A stretch of 64,000 nucleotides of DNA from Trichosphaerium sp. ATCC 40318 (Eukaryota > Protista > Tubulinea): positions 50,271-114,270 of the forward strand of contig JALMLS010000486.1 of NCBI GenBank assembly GCA_038496445.1, in the 5' to 3' direction. Shown here one piece after another: positions 13,679 to 27,494 of the stretch (its first letter is position 1; the number at the start of each line of letters is the position of its first letter). The notes under the pieces were generated by a model that searched no databases, was not told the origin of the DNA, and saw only the letters and a list, made by a program, of their open reading frames with translations. The translations under genes and the position numbers were made by a program.

Positions 13679-16600
13679 ATGCCAATTCGTGGGTTGCAAA
13701 GTGCGGTAATATTGTAAAGTAGGCGTAACACAGCGTAGATTTTTTGGAGAAGCATCACCTCATCAAACAAGCGCCTTTGCAGTACCTTCAAAATGCGAGG
13801 ATCGCTGTAGAGGTGAAATACGAAATTATAACATCAACAATTTCCTAAATCTGTTGTAGGGTCTCCACTGGCTTCGCAGGTAATCTTGACGCTCAATGTA
13901 CGCTATTTACAACAATTTATAAGGGTATCGGAGGCAATTCAGGAGCCTTTACAAGTTGCAACGGGTGGTGTGCCTCTTACGCTATTCGCGAGGATAGGCA
14001 TGGAATTGCAACACCTTCAGTACGTCTAGTTCCACATTAACCCTTTGACATATGACAGGGCCTTGAAAATACTCCCAATATTCGTCTTCAACGGCCTAGC
14101 TGGCTCTCGTGGACGCGAACGTATGTTTTACAACGATGGAGCAAAAAGGTAACGAAAACACTTGCTTACGCACACCAAAAACCTCTATTTCGCCTCAGTA
14201 CCCTAAACACTTTGATGTGGCGTACAAAAAAAATTAAAACTTGCCATTATTGCTTAAAAACGTTGGCTGTTATCGCGACATAAGCGTGTCACTAATTTAA
14301 ATTGATAACTACGCCGCTTTTATTGGCTAACGCTTCACCTAATTTTTAACATTTTTTTTTTTTTCCACAACTAACGATCTAATGCTATTCAGAGGAAAAG
14401 CATGGGAATCCTACTTCGAAGGTGAACTACAACTTTGTGAAGCTCTTTTTAGAGGAGAGAAAATAGCAACAATGACAAATTTTGAAAGCAGCGTCATTCG
14501 TTATTTGTATGCTTATGTTGCAATGCTTAAGAATACTCAAGGAAGGTAAGAGTACATAGTAAAGAGCCACGAAGTGGTTCTAAACCATTTACTTAAAGAC
14601 ACAGACTCTGAACTCATAAACAAATGAGATTTAGTTTTTTCTTTCTTTTTATGTTTCCTCTTTTGTTTTGTTAAAATTTCTTCTCTTAGGACCCTTGAAG
14701 TAATGCGTGCACCTTATAGTGCTTGGGGACAGGTTCGTTAATTTAATAATAGTAGTGCCAACTTGATACTCAATTTTCAAGTAAATTGGTAGTATATCAC
14801 GTGACTAACCCTTTTTTTCAAAATAAAGTTGTTTCAGTTGTCCAAGAATAATAACGTGCATGGTATTTACGGCGGAATTGAAAACTTGTTGTTTCAACCT
14901 TCTAAGCTCATTTTGAACATCAACATAGAAGTACACAAGCCATTTCATTTTGTCTTGATTAATGTTACTTTAGAGACAAAGTTTCGACTATATCGACTAT
15001 TGGGCTGTACTTGAGGAGCTTAAAATGACACCTGACGAGTTTTTGGATACATGTATACTAGCTGGATTCGAACTTTCATCAACGTTTCCACCTCTTCAAG
15101 AAAAGTTCAATTTCATCGCTGCTGTTGATGTTGTCAAGCGTTTCAAAGGTACCATATTATAATATAGCCACTGCATTTCATACTAACAACATTATAAGGT
15201 GGTCTAGGCGCTATAGAACAACATAACGCAGAAGCACGTGTCCAACAATACTTCGATGTTTATCTTCGTGCTCGTTGTTCTATCCAGAATGCTTTAGTTC
15301 TCACAACTGAAGGTGAATGCAAACCTTTGAATGAGGATATATCTCCAAAGCAAGTACTTTTTATCCTCTCACCATCAAGACTGTTGCTTTTTGAAATATA
15401 AATCACGTGATAATTTTATTTTCTTCTTAGAAACCTTGATATCGTTACTGGAAAGCGACTTCCTGATTCTCTATATTTTTTGGTATCTCAAGGAGTTGTC
15501 AACCCTCAGGTTAGTACATATTTCTTCACTGTAACTTTTCTTTTCATTGAGAGGTGGATCCCTTCCAGATTGAGCTCTAACCTCATTGTATAGACAATCA
15601 ATAACTTGATGCATGGGTTCTTACCAGAAGCTGCACCAAGTGTTGAGACTGAGCAGTATAAAACAGCCTTAACAGACTTACTTAACATTCGCACTTTGTC
15701 TCTGTCTTTGTTATCCTCATGCATAAATAACTTTTACACAAATACACAAGTGGTACGCTATCGCTATTCCTTACCCGTTTCATTCGAGTGTTAAATGGAT
15801 GTTAATTCATTGTGTTATAGATTAGCACCAGGTGGTATGCACCTAAAGAGAAGATCCCTGTTAATTATCGTGACAACATGGCTGTTCTTCAACTCACTCA
15901 AGATGTAAGCCAAGAATGTATTTCAGCTGCACTCAGAGCCGTTTTATCCAAGTACGTGGTGGTAATCTCTACCGTCTCTTATCAGTTTCTTTATCAACTA
16001 ACATTGTTCACTATTAGACGACACAACTTTACTGCAGCAGCAAAGATGCTTTGCCAGAACAAGAAACTTTCTGATGCACCAAAGGTACTGGCTTTGTTTT
16101 TATTCAATTCATCATGAGCCTTACATATATCACCAAACAGGATGTATTAACAACTGCTGATGAAGTCCATTGTTGTGTTTTATTGCAAGCCTTGCAGCTT
16201 CTAAAGTACGAAACAGTTTCATCACTTTTTCCTAAAATTCCTTTTACCATTATGACCATGGAAGGCTAATCACTTTATAGGTATACATCTCCTGATAGCA
16301 GAAAGCCAAACGCTTGGTGCCAAGCATACGCTCAATTCTATGAGGAATTTGAAGAAGAAGGCTTGGTAGCACTTGAGCTATTACGCATGAACCAGCTTAC
16401 TGGAGAACAATTGACCAGTGCTATTGTTCCACCTGTTGGTACGGTTTTTTTAAAAACAAATGTAGTTACAAGTTGATTTAACGTGCCTCTTGTAGAAGAT
16501 TCCGATAAGATTAAGGAAGTAACACTCTTATCACGTGTGTTCTCGTTGCTTCAACCAGCGTAAGTACTCGTTTTTCGGTTTTTTTTGTTCAAGAAAGCAC

Positions 16601-17586
16601 CGCTTGAGAATACCTTTTGTGCTCAAAATCATCTCATCAGTGTGCTTGATAATCTTATTAAATGTATTACAGAATGAAAGAGGAACCTTATACTCTACGT
16701 TCACCAATTGACCTTGATTTAATGGGCTTTAACAGCGTCATCAAGGTAATCCTTTTTCGTTTTTTTTTTTAATTGATAATCTGTTTGTTTACCTATTTTC
16801 AATAGGCAACGAACAAATCGATCAGAGAGCTCATTGAAATGATTATCGTCCGCTTGTACGTACAACTATTCAGCTGCAGAAAATATCAAGAAAAAAATAA
16901 GAATACTTCACGTGCCCCAAAATTTTTATGTAATTTATACTTCTAGGTGTCTCACAGAAAAAGCAAAGGTCCCATTCGAAGAATATGCGCATATTTCGCT
17001 ATTGTACGACCTTTCAAAATGAGAATTTATGAAACTGACTCTTTGTTTTTAAATAGTAAGTTACCAGCGTTTCAAGAGAGTAGCACTGTCTTAGGTATAG
17101 CCCTAAAGCGTTACATTCTTGGAAACTCTGTAAATATAAAGGCTATATTCCCTTCTTGCAAGAACATTGACTTGGACTTGGCTAAAGGCGTACGATTCTG
17201 GAATCAGGTACAACCCAACAAAAAATTTTCAAATCCAAAAAAATGTCCGAACCAAGACACCCTTTCCACCCACACCGTAAATTTTAACGTGGATAAACGT
17301 ATATTACATCCAAATACCAATCCACCGGCAAAATTTTTTGCCTCTTATTAACACAAAGGAACTAAAAGTGTTTTTTATTTGGAAAATATTAGATCTCGTT
17401 TGTTCATTTTGTTGTTGAGTTGCTTCTTTTTTTAATACTTTTTAGCTCGTTTCTGCTGTAATGATCCTTGATAAAGCTGGTGTTCTACCAGATAGTAACA
17501 TTGCAGCATTATTTGTAGCAGCAGACAAGGTGTTACAAGAAGAGTTCAAAAACTTCGGAAAAAAAGAAACCGCCACAACTTCTTGA
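13679..17586 (+). CDS. MKT1: Mkt1 post-transcriptional regulator (PIN/XPG-like fold)
   Basis: MPIRGLQ start. EPLQVATGGVP, LPIFVFNGL, APYSAWGQL, CILAGFE, GKRLPDSLYFLVSQG, LELLR, DLDLMGFNSVI match the Mkt1 N and C domain pattern. About 20 exons. Confidence 0.8.
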
Positions 17587-18094
17587 ACACTGCATGACCA
17601 CCCTCATTTTCAAGACGAACTTGTTCCTTTCTTTTACTGTTCGAGAAATAAGATGCAATTTTTCGATCTCAGCCAAAAGATAAATAAAAAAAAACCAAAA
17701 AACTAAATAAAAAAAAACCAAAAAAAAAAATGATTAAATAACAACTTGACGTGAAAGTATATTGTAGATCAATGACAACCATGTTGTTGTTGCCATTCAA
17801 AAAGACTGTTACATTGTTCTGATACTCATACCTCGCTAAACAACAGGATTAGACTTTCAAACCATTCAAGTCAGACTTTTTTTTGCCCAACAGTCGTGTA
17901 ATACTATTGTGGACTACAAAAAGACAAGTACTCCGATAACAACTCTATATCCAACGCATTGCCTACACAATTCTTAAAACAAACCTCATAGCAACTACAG
18001 TTCGATCGACAAGTTCACGTGAGGTCTGGAAATAGTTTACTGAACAACTATCATAAAGACTTTACTTTCTTTTCATAACAACCAACAACAGACC

Positions 18095-18823
18095 ATGTCT
18101 ATGCTCCTACCACTTTTCTTGGCCCTTTTCGCTGCCCTTGTATATCCTCAGATGGATCCTTGTGTGCCTAGAAGCGAAGAGCAAATATACTGTAACGCTG
18201 ATGCTGTGATGAGAGTCAATATTCTACATGAGTGGCTTCCACAACCGGGCCAGTTCTCTAGAAAGTTTTTAGGAGAAGTAACAAGGCTCTACAAACATCC
18301 ATCTGCAAATCCTGCTTACGTAACCATAATAACTGGGTACTTAACACTCACAAAACACTTCACAAGTTTAACTTTTTTTCAGGTTTGTTACTGTTGGTTC
18401 CGCTTTTGACTTTCAAATTGGAAGGGTACATCACGACCTCTACCAAAGCCGCTTGGTATAATATACCACTAATTTGTTTCCTATTAGGAGTACCTTGTAC
18501 CTGGACAAGTAAGCACAAGTGCTACTTCAAACCCGAACGAGATTTTTGTTCATAGATGTTCAATGCATAATTTTTGCAATGTTCCACGTGAGGGTATTAT
18601 AAATTGTGACACTCCTGTTCCAACTGATTGTGTTGCGTGTCCAAGAAACCAACCTATTTGTTTGGGTAGATGCCTTGATTGCTTACAAGTCCCTGGAACC
18701 TGTACTGAATGTCCTACTGCCATCTGTTGCGACAATACTTTATGTCATAGAAGAGACACGTGTACCGAGGGATGTGCGAAGAAAAACTGTTGCGGAACAG
18801 AATGTGTACCAAGCACAAACTAA
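18095..18823 (+). CDS. Secreted protein with TIMP/NTR-like domain and Cys-rich tail (3 exons)
   Basis: Signal peptide. CVPRSEEQIYCNADAVMRV and FQIGREYLVPG resemble NTR/TIMP motifs. C-terminal region of about 80 aa is Cys-dense. Confidence 0.65.
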
Positions 18824-19324
18824 CAAATAAACTACATGTGGAAACACCTCACATTACGAAACTACAAAAAACCGTTCACCGTAATTTTGTTCGAAGTCAA
18901 CCAAGAAAAACCAACTCGTACTTCTCATTATTTCACTATGATGAATCATAGAACGTCTCACTGAACGAGTAAGGCAACAACTTCGTCAAATTCCACTGTC
19001 GAAAGCAAATCGTCGCACAGACGCGCGTACAACGGTTTTTTTTGTGTTAAAACAAGCCAAGATACGCACTGACGCGTATTTAAGCTACCATTGTGTTTTT
19101 TGGATAACAGAAGGGACGGGTTGTAGCGGTTGCTGAAGTACCGTTTAATTACTGGTGGTAGTACTTTTGGACAACGTTTCGGCATTCTTTTCGCTGTTGA
19201 TGTTGAGTTGGACAAGATAACAGTTTAGCGACGTGTTTTTGCAAGCAATATGCACTGAATGCCAAGTTTATTGTATACGTATCATTTGCTTTAACAGCAG
19301 AACAAATTATTTGGTGAGTTTCTC

Positions 19325-19566
19325 TACTTCGTGCCGTCGCCTTGAATTGGCTTCATGAGAGCTAAATAAAGTTAATTACAACGTCAAATAAGCTAATTCT
19401 CACTCGTAGTTGGTTCAGCCTCTTTTTTAACCCATTTTCTCCAAGCAATAGATTGTTGATCGCGTTCCTTCAATTTTTGGGTCTGAAGGTTTTTCTTCAA
19501 GGATTTACGCATTACATCACCAGAAATGTTCATTTGGCGTGTAAAAGTAAGAATGCGAGAGCTCAT
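19325..19566 (-). CDS. Small (about 66 aa) basic 2-exon protein
   Basis: MSSRILTFTRQ...WRKWVKKEAEPT with a GTGAG...TTTAG intron, then LMKPIQGDGTK stop. Confidence 0.4.
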
Positions 19567-19648
19567 GTTGTTTGAAAGCTATTTGTGTGATCCTAAGCGT
19601 ATTGAACGAACTGGACTTTTTTTTTTGTTGGTAAAATTTTTTTTGCGA

Positions 19649-21942
19649 TTATTTTTTTTCTTCTGGCTTTTCTTCCACTTTAACGTCGTTTAAAGCCTCT
19701 GTTACTTGTTCGAGTAGTGCAGGGTTCTCCTTGAGTGCTTTGGTATAGGCCTGGCACGCTTCAATAATGCTGTTGAGCAGAGATTTTGTTTCTTCTACAA
19801 AAACACCTGCAAGCACGCTTCTACCTATGCTACCATCGCCCGTAGATACACCCTCGTACGCTTTTAACTGAATTCTACAGTTAATAATCAACGCCATGTA
19901 CGCCTTTTATGACGTTAGTACATTCCAAGCTTTAGTTGCGCGTGCCTTTAGCTCGTTTTCAACGCTGATTGCGCTTGAGTATGGGTATGTTTTGACATTC
20001 ATCATTTTCTCTACTTCAGGCATTTCACTGGCTTCTCTTACAGCCCATATACGCAAGAAAGCAATAGCTAAAGGTGCAACGATTTTACCATCGCGTAGCA
20101 ATACCCTTGTGTCAACTCTACGCGAAACATTGTTAGATTCAAGGCAAACGCTAGCACCAAAATGCCTTGGCTTACGTGTCTTTAATGTTCCAGTACTTTG
20201 TGGTCAGCGCTGATTTTTCTTTGATGAGCTTATCGCGAGGGTTAAACGATAGAGTGAGTTCAATAGCATTATGTTTATTTCCCTTTGGACAGAAACCCTA
20301 CAAGAAAAAAAAAATCAAAAAAAAAAGTTTTCGTTCGTGAACGATTTTCTTCCTTTGTCTCAAAGAAAAAGCGGTATAAAATGCGACTCTAGCGTCACTG
20401 TGTTGTGTGTGAAAGCGTACTTGGTTCAATAGGAAATCAGAGTTTGTTCTAGGTCCATAAAACATAACAAATTCTTCTCCTTCTTTAAAGTCTCTTCCTG
20501 CTTTGATAATAACTGTATCAGCTTCATCATCATAATCTGAGCTTAGCTATAATTCAAGAAATTGTTAATTCATTGGTACACGTTTTTAAAAGTTTAAATC
20601 ACGTGTACCTGGTCACAACCGTGGTTAATCATATCGAATAATGGGACCATCGCAAGAACTTGTTTGTTTTGACCCATGTTAGTACTCTTCAATCTGTTTT
20701 GACGAGACATCTGAAGCAGTGTCATTGAATTTTATCACAGTTACTCCTGGAGGAACGTACAACTAATGAGTAAGCCCATTTGAATGATGACCATGTAAAG
20801 TACTCCCTGGTGATACCACATTTTGGAAATTGCTAAAAAAAAAGTTGTCAGCAAGGATTTTTTTTGTATTTTTGTTTTTCTTGCGTACTAAGAGGAGATT
20901 ATAAACAATAGTGTATTGTTTGACATAGGAAACAAGTTGTAGCATAGATTGAGCATATAATGGGCATCCTTTAAGAAACTTAAGGTTCTTTAAAGACCAA
21001 AACATAGGCAAATCTACAGCAGTCGCTGGCATGGACTCTAAGAAAAAAATTAGCAAAAAATGCGAATAAACATGGCCGATGGTTGGGTACCAATGTAAGC
21101 CTTCCAGAACGAATTTGGGTTTTGTTCTTCGTATAATATGAATAAAGCTAGTTGTAGAGTAGGAATATCTTTTATCAAAGAACCCTAGTCGTCAGTTGTA
21201 AGCACAAAAGGAAGTTTGGTTTTTTTTGTTAGGATTTTTTTTTATCGTTAAATGTTTGTTATTGTACCTTAGTTATAAGGTCTGCTAGGTTCGTCTTTTT
21301 TGCCTTTTCGGTATCTAGGATTAACTTTGAAGGTACTGAGATGACATCTTTACCAAACTCAAAGTCCTGCCAGAGAGATAGGCCAAAACTGCACAACGAG
21401 ACGAAAAACGTCAGCAAAAAATTGTTATTTTGTCAAATGTCAGGATGTTTAGCCTTTAAAAGCGTATTCAAGTGGTAGAAGGCATCGTTTAAACCGTACC
21501 CGTGTTCTCCAAAGTCCTTGAACTGAAATTTGTCGGCATCTATTGGTGTATAAGCCATTTTTCGGCAGACGTTTTGAAACAGAAAAAAAAAAGTGTACCT
21601 TTGACATCATTATCTATCAACCATTTAATAAACGGCTCAAAGGAACGCTTTCTAGTTTCTTTTGGGTATTAGTTCACTACAATTTTGGCATTTTTAATGT
21701 ACTCTGTTTTGGATCCTTTTGTAGTTGTTGTAGGTTCTGTAGACTGCGTTGGAATGCGCTAAAACGTTTTTCTAGTCGTGAGATAGTGGCTTCATTGCTT
21801 ATTTCGTTTCTAGTAGCAGCCAGGATCTCAGTAGACGCTGAGAAGCGTTAAATAACGCGTACACCGAATAAGGCTGACAAAAAATAACCATACCTTGAGC
21901 AAGCTCTCTAACAGCGTTCTCGAGTCTACGTTGCTGCTTCAT
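19649..21942 (-). CDS. SET-domain methyltransferase, Rubisco-LSMT/SETD3-like
   Basis: SFWKAYI, PLFDMINHG, GEEFVMFYGPRTNSDFLLNQGF, followed by a substrate-binding-like C-terminal domain (ISVENELKAY). Confidence 0.85.
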
Positions 21943-22205
21943 TTGTACACCTCTAACAAACCATTATTTCTTGGCGAAATGTCAACATTTTTCATTTGGT
22001 CTGACGGACACGACAAGCAACGAGCGTCTTTATTAGGTGCTAGCTGGTTTGTTGGCGGACACTAGCGCGTTCAACATATTATTTTAACTTAAAAAACACT
22101 AATTGTACAACTGCCGCGGCGGTTAGTCAACTACAACGCCAATTAATCATTTACGCGTTAAACAAAAAAGTGTTCCCGCGCTGCTCTCCTCAAATACAGT
22201 CAGTA

Positions 22206-23548
22206 ATGGATCCAGCGCTGCAACAATCACGTACTTCATTCACAACAACAAGTAATGACGGTATGTCCAACACAAACACGACAATCAAACGTTTTTGCAC
22301 TAAAATCAAAACCACTATTCTGACACCTCACGATTAGTCATTACCATCCTGAGCAGCGGCGATGAAGAAGATGCGGTTAGCACACGTAAATCTTTAATCC
22401 CGAAGAACGCAACACAAGGTATGACCTTTACAATTATAAATTATCCCAAGCGTAACGCACGTGCGTTGGTTTGTCACCAATAGTATAAATAGAAATTAGA
22501 AATCTTAAATTTTTTTTTTCTCAATGACGACTCATTAACAAAAAACTCACAAACTCCAGTAAACTCTGTGGCTGTAAAACGAGAATTATCGCCTATTGTG
22601 CATTTCCCTACATTCACTGGACCTAACACAAACCTACAACAACGCCAACAAAGTCAATCGTCTCCACAAAGGAAGTCACAAAAACGAAAACAACGATCAA
22701 TCACTGACTTTGTTACAACACCACCAAATAGTCCTTCAAAATCATTTAGGTTTAAGAGGCGGAAAATTGATAATTCCTCTGGTAGTGATGATCTACAGAA
22801 TGAACAAGTTTCTTTTGCAGACTTACTTCATGAAAACGTTCAAAATGAGGATGTACCGCTTACAACACGACTGGAAGGAACACCACAACGCTCAGAAGAG
22901 ACACCAAAGGGCATGACATCTTTGAACACATCAAGCGCATCCCGTACGCCTAGTGTAAGGCCGTTGCTGCCAAAACCATCAAGTGTACCTCCAGCGCAAT
23001 CAGATTCATCAAGTGTTCCTCCATTATCTTTCGACACATCAGATTTACCGCCCATGGATTCATTATCTAACGAACTATCAAGTTATAGCAAACTTGTAGA
23101 TGAGGCACGTGCAAGCAGCTCAAAACAAACGCGTTTGGATGATGTTTCTTCTTCTTCAGTGAAAAGTGGCCTTGCTGCCGTTGAGAAGAACAGAGGCAGC
23201 GACCAAATCGCTGCAGGAGGCAATGAGAGTGGGGATGAGAGTGGAGATAACAATAAGAGCGATGAAAGTGATGAAAGCGAGAGCGAAGAGAGCGAGGAGA
23301 GTGAGGAGAGCGAGGAGGAGGCTCCAAAGAAGAAGCAGAAAAAGAAATACTTTAAGAGTAAAACTCATGGTTCACCAATATACGCTATTCATGGCATTAC
23401 ACGGGCAAGAGGAGCTACTCTTCTTCTTGTTGAGTTTTCAACATGTCGTGGTGAAAAACTGGCCATACCTAGCAAGATCGCACTAGGACTAGACTCCAAT
23501 GTAGTACTGGAATTCTATGAGCACTTTTTAAAGCTTGTTTACAGATAA
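22206..23548 (+). CDS. Low-complexity nuclear protein with C-terminal chromo-shadow domain; no chromodomain seen
   Basis: 3 exons. C-terminus PIYAIHGITRARGATLLLVEFS...IPSKIALGLDSNVVLEFYEHFL resembles the HP1 chromo-shadow domain. Acidic ESE repeats and basic NLS-like clusters. Confidence 0.7.
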
Positions 23549-23791
23549 ATAATAAATAGTTGGCTAACTGTTAGACCAACTTTTGTACAGTGATATTGTT
23601 GTAGTTTTAGCCACTAAAAACGTTTTTTTGACACCTGTCACTAGTATTAAACAAAACGGATTTTAGAACGAACAGTGTTTTGTGAGCGTTATCTAGAGCG
23701 TACTAGGTACGCTGGTTGCACGCAAAAAGTCATGGTCAGTAAAAAGTAAACAGAAACGGCATTGTTTATTCGAACAGTATAACCTGCAAAC

Positions 23792-25111
23792 ATGGCTAGA
23801 AATGAGGAAAAGGCCAATTCTATGCTGAATAGATGGCTTCAAATGAAAACAAATGCTACTACAAAGCCTAAAAAGAGGCGCCCATGGGATGTAAATACCG
23901 TCAAGACCATAGAAGAGTGCGAGACATGGCGTAGCCAGGTAACGCGTATTGTCGGTAAAAAGGTTATGGAGATTCAAAATGGTACAATGAGGCTCCATAT
24001 CATATATTTATTGATATTCTAGCGTCTTTGGAGCCTCACGTTATAAGAGATTTAAACAACGCAATCAACAAGCTGCTCGGTCAGAAACGAGCGTGGGAAA
24101 GGCGAATTCGCGAATTAGGCGGTGCAGTGTACAAGGTAAGCGTTAAAATTCAAAAAAGTGCAAAGCATGCTTATTTGCGTCCAGAATGGGCCAAGAGGCG
24201 GTGAAAGTGGCATAGAAGGAGAAGGTGGCGTTATTATCGCTCCATCTGGTTACAAATACTTTGGCGCTGCGAAACAGCTTCCAGGCGTACAAGACTTACT
24301 AAAACCACAAGGTACACAACTATTTTTGAACAAACGAAAGTTTTCATCACTGTTGACTTTACCCACGCCGATAATGCGTCAACGCAACAATAAACTATCA
24401 TTGTGCCACCACATTAAACCAATAACACCATCAGACCTCTTTAAACTTTATCAGTAATGTCACAAAACACCAACGGCTAAAAAACGCACTTAGGCAATCA
24501 AACAAAGAAGAGAACGCGTGCAGAGATCTATCGTGGTATAAATGCTGATTATTATGGGTTCCGTGATGATGATGATGGATTACTAACTGCTGTTGAGGAG
24601 CATGCTGAGAAGCGTGGTATGTTTTCTTTTTTTTTTTTCTGACAGGTTTTTTTTTTCTTTTTTTTGTTCTTTTTATGCTGATGTTGTACAGCACGTGAAA
24701 ATGCTATTGCACAATGGAATAAGAATACAAAAGAGAAGGAAGGTGATGATTTTGATCCAGAAACAGACTTCCGTTGTGTAGCAACAGATGAAGAGCGATT
24801 GGCTGCACGTGTTTTTGCTAAAAAAAAAATCCAAACTTATTGCTATTTCATTCTCTTAAGGCGCCCTTGATATTTGGCTGACGTTCTTATCTAGGCTAGC
24901 TACACTAGCCATGTTGATGTACCGACTCGAGAAGATATTCAGAATATGCTAGTAGAACAACGCAAACAAGTACGTTTCTTTCTTTTCCCATTCAATTCCA
25001 AAAGTGATTATTTCCTTTGTTGCAATTTGAGACATTTTTTTATTGTCAATGCAACTCTTTACTTACTCTATGATTGCTTAGGCTCTCTTGGATTTTGTGG
25101 ATACCATGTAA
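23792..25111 (+). CDS. ISY1: Pre-mRNA splicing factor Isy1
   Basis: MARNEEKANSMLNRW, IRDLNNAINKLL, GYKYFGAAKQLPGV, INADYYGFRDDDDG. Confidence 0.95.
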
Positions 25112-25788
25112 GCACAATAAATGTAAAATAGCACATACTGGTGTCGAGTATATTTTTTTTGGGATATTGTTCTCTTGTTATTGAAATCACGTTTTTTACT
25201 GCTTGTATACATATTACTGCAAAATAATGTTCATTCTTACTGAGTGCGCATGGAATACAGTTGATAAGACTTTTTTTATTTACAAAGAGACATACCTGTC
25301 ATGGGTTTTTCGGGTTTTTTTCTTCTTTTCATTTTGGATTTGTCATTGCCACTCAAAATTCATTTGTACATACTTTGCACAACGTATTCATAGCCGCTGA
25401 AAATAGAAACCTTTTTTGGTGTATTGTTAGGATTTGAATTAGTGACTAGATGGGGTAAGAGGACCAAATCCGTTTGGAATGCTCACCCACAATACAAATA
25501 AAAGGTATAAATCTTAGTTGTTTTTGTTGTTTGCCCCAGTACAAATGTTAGAGTTTTGCTGTTTGCAAGAACCAAGTAGGTACTTGTTATAATTTACAAA
25601 GAAACAGATGTCATTTTTGCGGTTGTCCTGCCGACTCTATTCTGAGTGCCGACATTGTAGTCTAACTAATTTATCATGTCACACAAAAATTTTTCAATAC
25701 AACTGTTTAAAACTCAGTAAGTACTTTTATTCTCCAAGTGTTTTATCACCTTACTTGTACAACATTTTCCCTAAACTACAAGGACAGT

Positions 25789-27096
25789 TCAATTCTTTGC
25801 AAAAGAACTAAAATATAACTCCTTGGATCCTTCAATCCCATTGTCGTAGTTTTCATCAATAATCAAAGATGGTAGAGCCTTTTTGAGTGCATTTACTTGA
25901 GCACGTGATATTTTTTTAAATTGCCTGCTATATCTTTTACGCATTGTATAACCTTCTCCATGAAGAACAAGTTTAGAAAGTCGAGAAAGACAAGACAATT
26001 TCCCAAGACCGTAATCAGTAATTTTATGACAATACGATAAATCCAAGTATTCCAAGTTTACTAGTGAGCTTAGGCTTTCAAGTACTTCATCAGTAGTCTG
26101 TGTATATTTAAGCCTAAGCTTCTTTAGACTAGTAAGCAAAGGAATTGCACTTAAATATTGGCTGTAGTTATCAAACATTGATTGAATTTGTAATTTTTCA
26201 AGTGATGTTGAGTGTTTTAACTCAACACTTGTTGATCCATGTCCAAATATCCTTAGAGACTTTAAATTCTTCCAGTTCTCTATAAGTATACTACATCCTT
26301 TTGAAACTAGCCTTGCTTTTAACGTAGATGGTATTTCAACATGAAATGAAGTTACCGATGTTATCGGCTGTAGTTGAATTACTGTTTCATAAGACAAGTT
26401 GCAGCCAATGAGTTTGAGCTTTGTAAGATTTGTTAACGATGAAATAGGTTTTAAACTCTTAAAATTATAGGAATATCTTTGGTACTGTGAGTCTACATCA
26501 AAGTCTTGTCCACCAAGTAAATCAAGCCTTTGGAGTGTCGACAGTTTACATACTTCTCTCAAACCTTCACTAGTCACTCCCATGCCTAAAGAGAGATGTT
26601 TGAGGTTTGTAAACACTCTCAACTTGAATAAATGTTCAGTTTTGATCCAAGTATATTTAGCTGCCATTTCAGCTGATTCCTCCTCTGAAAAATGTATTAT
26701 CCTTGGTTTGTATGAACGAAACTCTTGGTGGTATTTCAGCGCGTTTTTTATATGAACAGCTCTTACTTTTGTCACAAACCCGAAATGGTCGATGAAATAG
26801 TTTAACATTCTCACATTATGGACTGTTACCGTTGATTTAATTCCAGTAGACCATAAAAATGTTTTCCACAAAGACGACGTTGATGCGAGACTGTTCTTGG
26901 TCTTTTCATCTAGATAAGCGCTTATACAGTACCACGGGTCAATGCCAAGTGAGTACCAGTCTATTTCGGCGTCTGAGGGGTTATTGGAGCTAGTAAATCA
27001 GTAAGCTACAAAATAATGTCTGACACGAAGCCGATGCACTAGTACGTACTCTGTTATTTTTGTAGATCTACAACCTTTATCTATCAAGTGGTCCAT
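25789..27096 (-). CDS. F-box-like/LRR protein (2 exons)
   Basis: Large exon with LRRs (LVNLEYLDLSYCHKITDYGL). Upstream degenerate F-box-like segment LGIDPWYCISAYLDEKTK. Confidence 0.75.
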
Positions 27097-27494
27097 AGTT
27101 CTTGTTGTGGGATTTCAATACTACTGTGCTGAGAGCAAATTGTCCAGAACAAACAGCTTTTTCAACAAAAGTCATGCCATGAGAACAATTCTTAACGCAC
27201 GTTCAGAATCTACGCTCTTGTGGCAACAAAGAAAAACTCTTGTACCGTATCACATACGAGATTGACCACAGAATCAATAAAAAAGACTATTAATACTATC
27301 ACTGTGAGCACGTGATTAGCTTTCAAAATTGCAAATGATTTATTTAACTGCTGGCACCAGTCGAACAAAATATGAGACATGGAAATAGTTTAGGTTAAGA
27401 GTACAAACAAAATAGCTAAGTCTGTCACTAATCACTAAAGGGCGTGTATCTGACTTAAACCTTGAATTTCTGTGCTGTACCAGAATACACCTCA

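Noticed and set aside
18958-19215. 85-aa minus-strand ORF
   Set aside because: Non-ATG start, no motif or splice support.
22596-23486. Several overlapping alternative-frame and antisense ORFs
   Set aside because: By-products of low-complexity coding sequence in the chromo-shadow gene.
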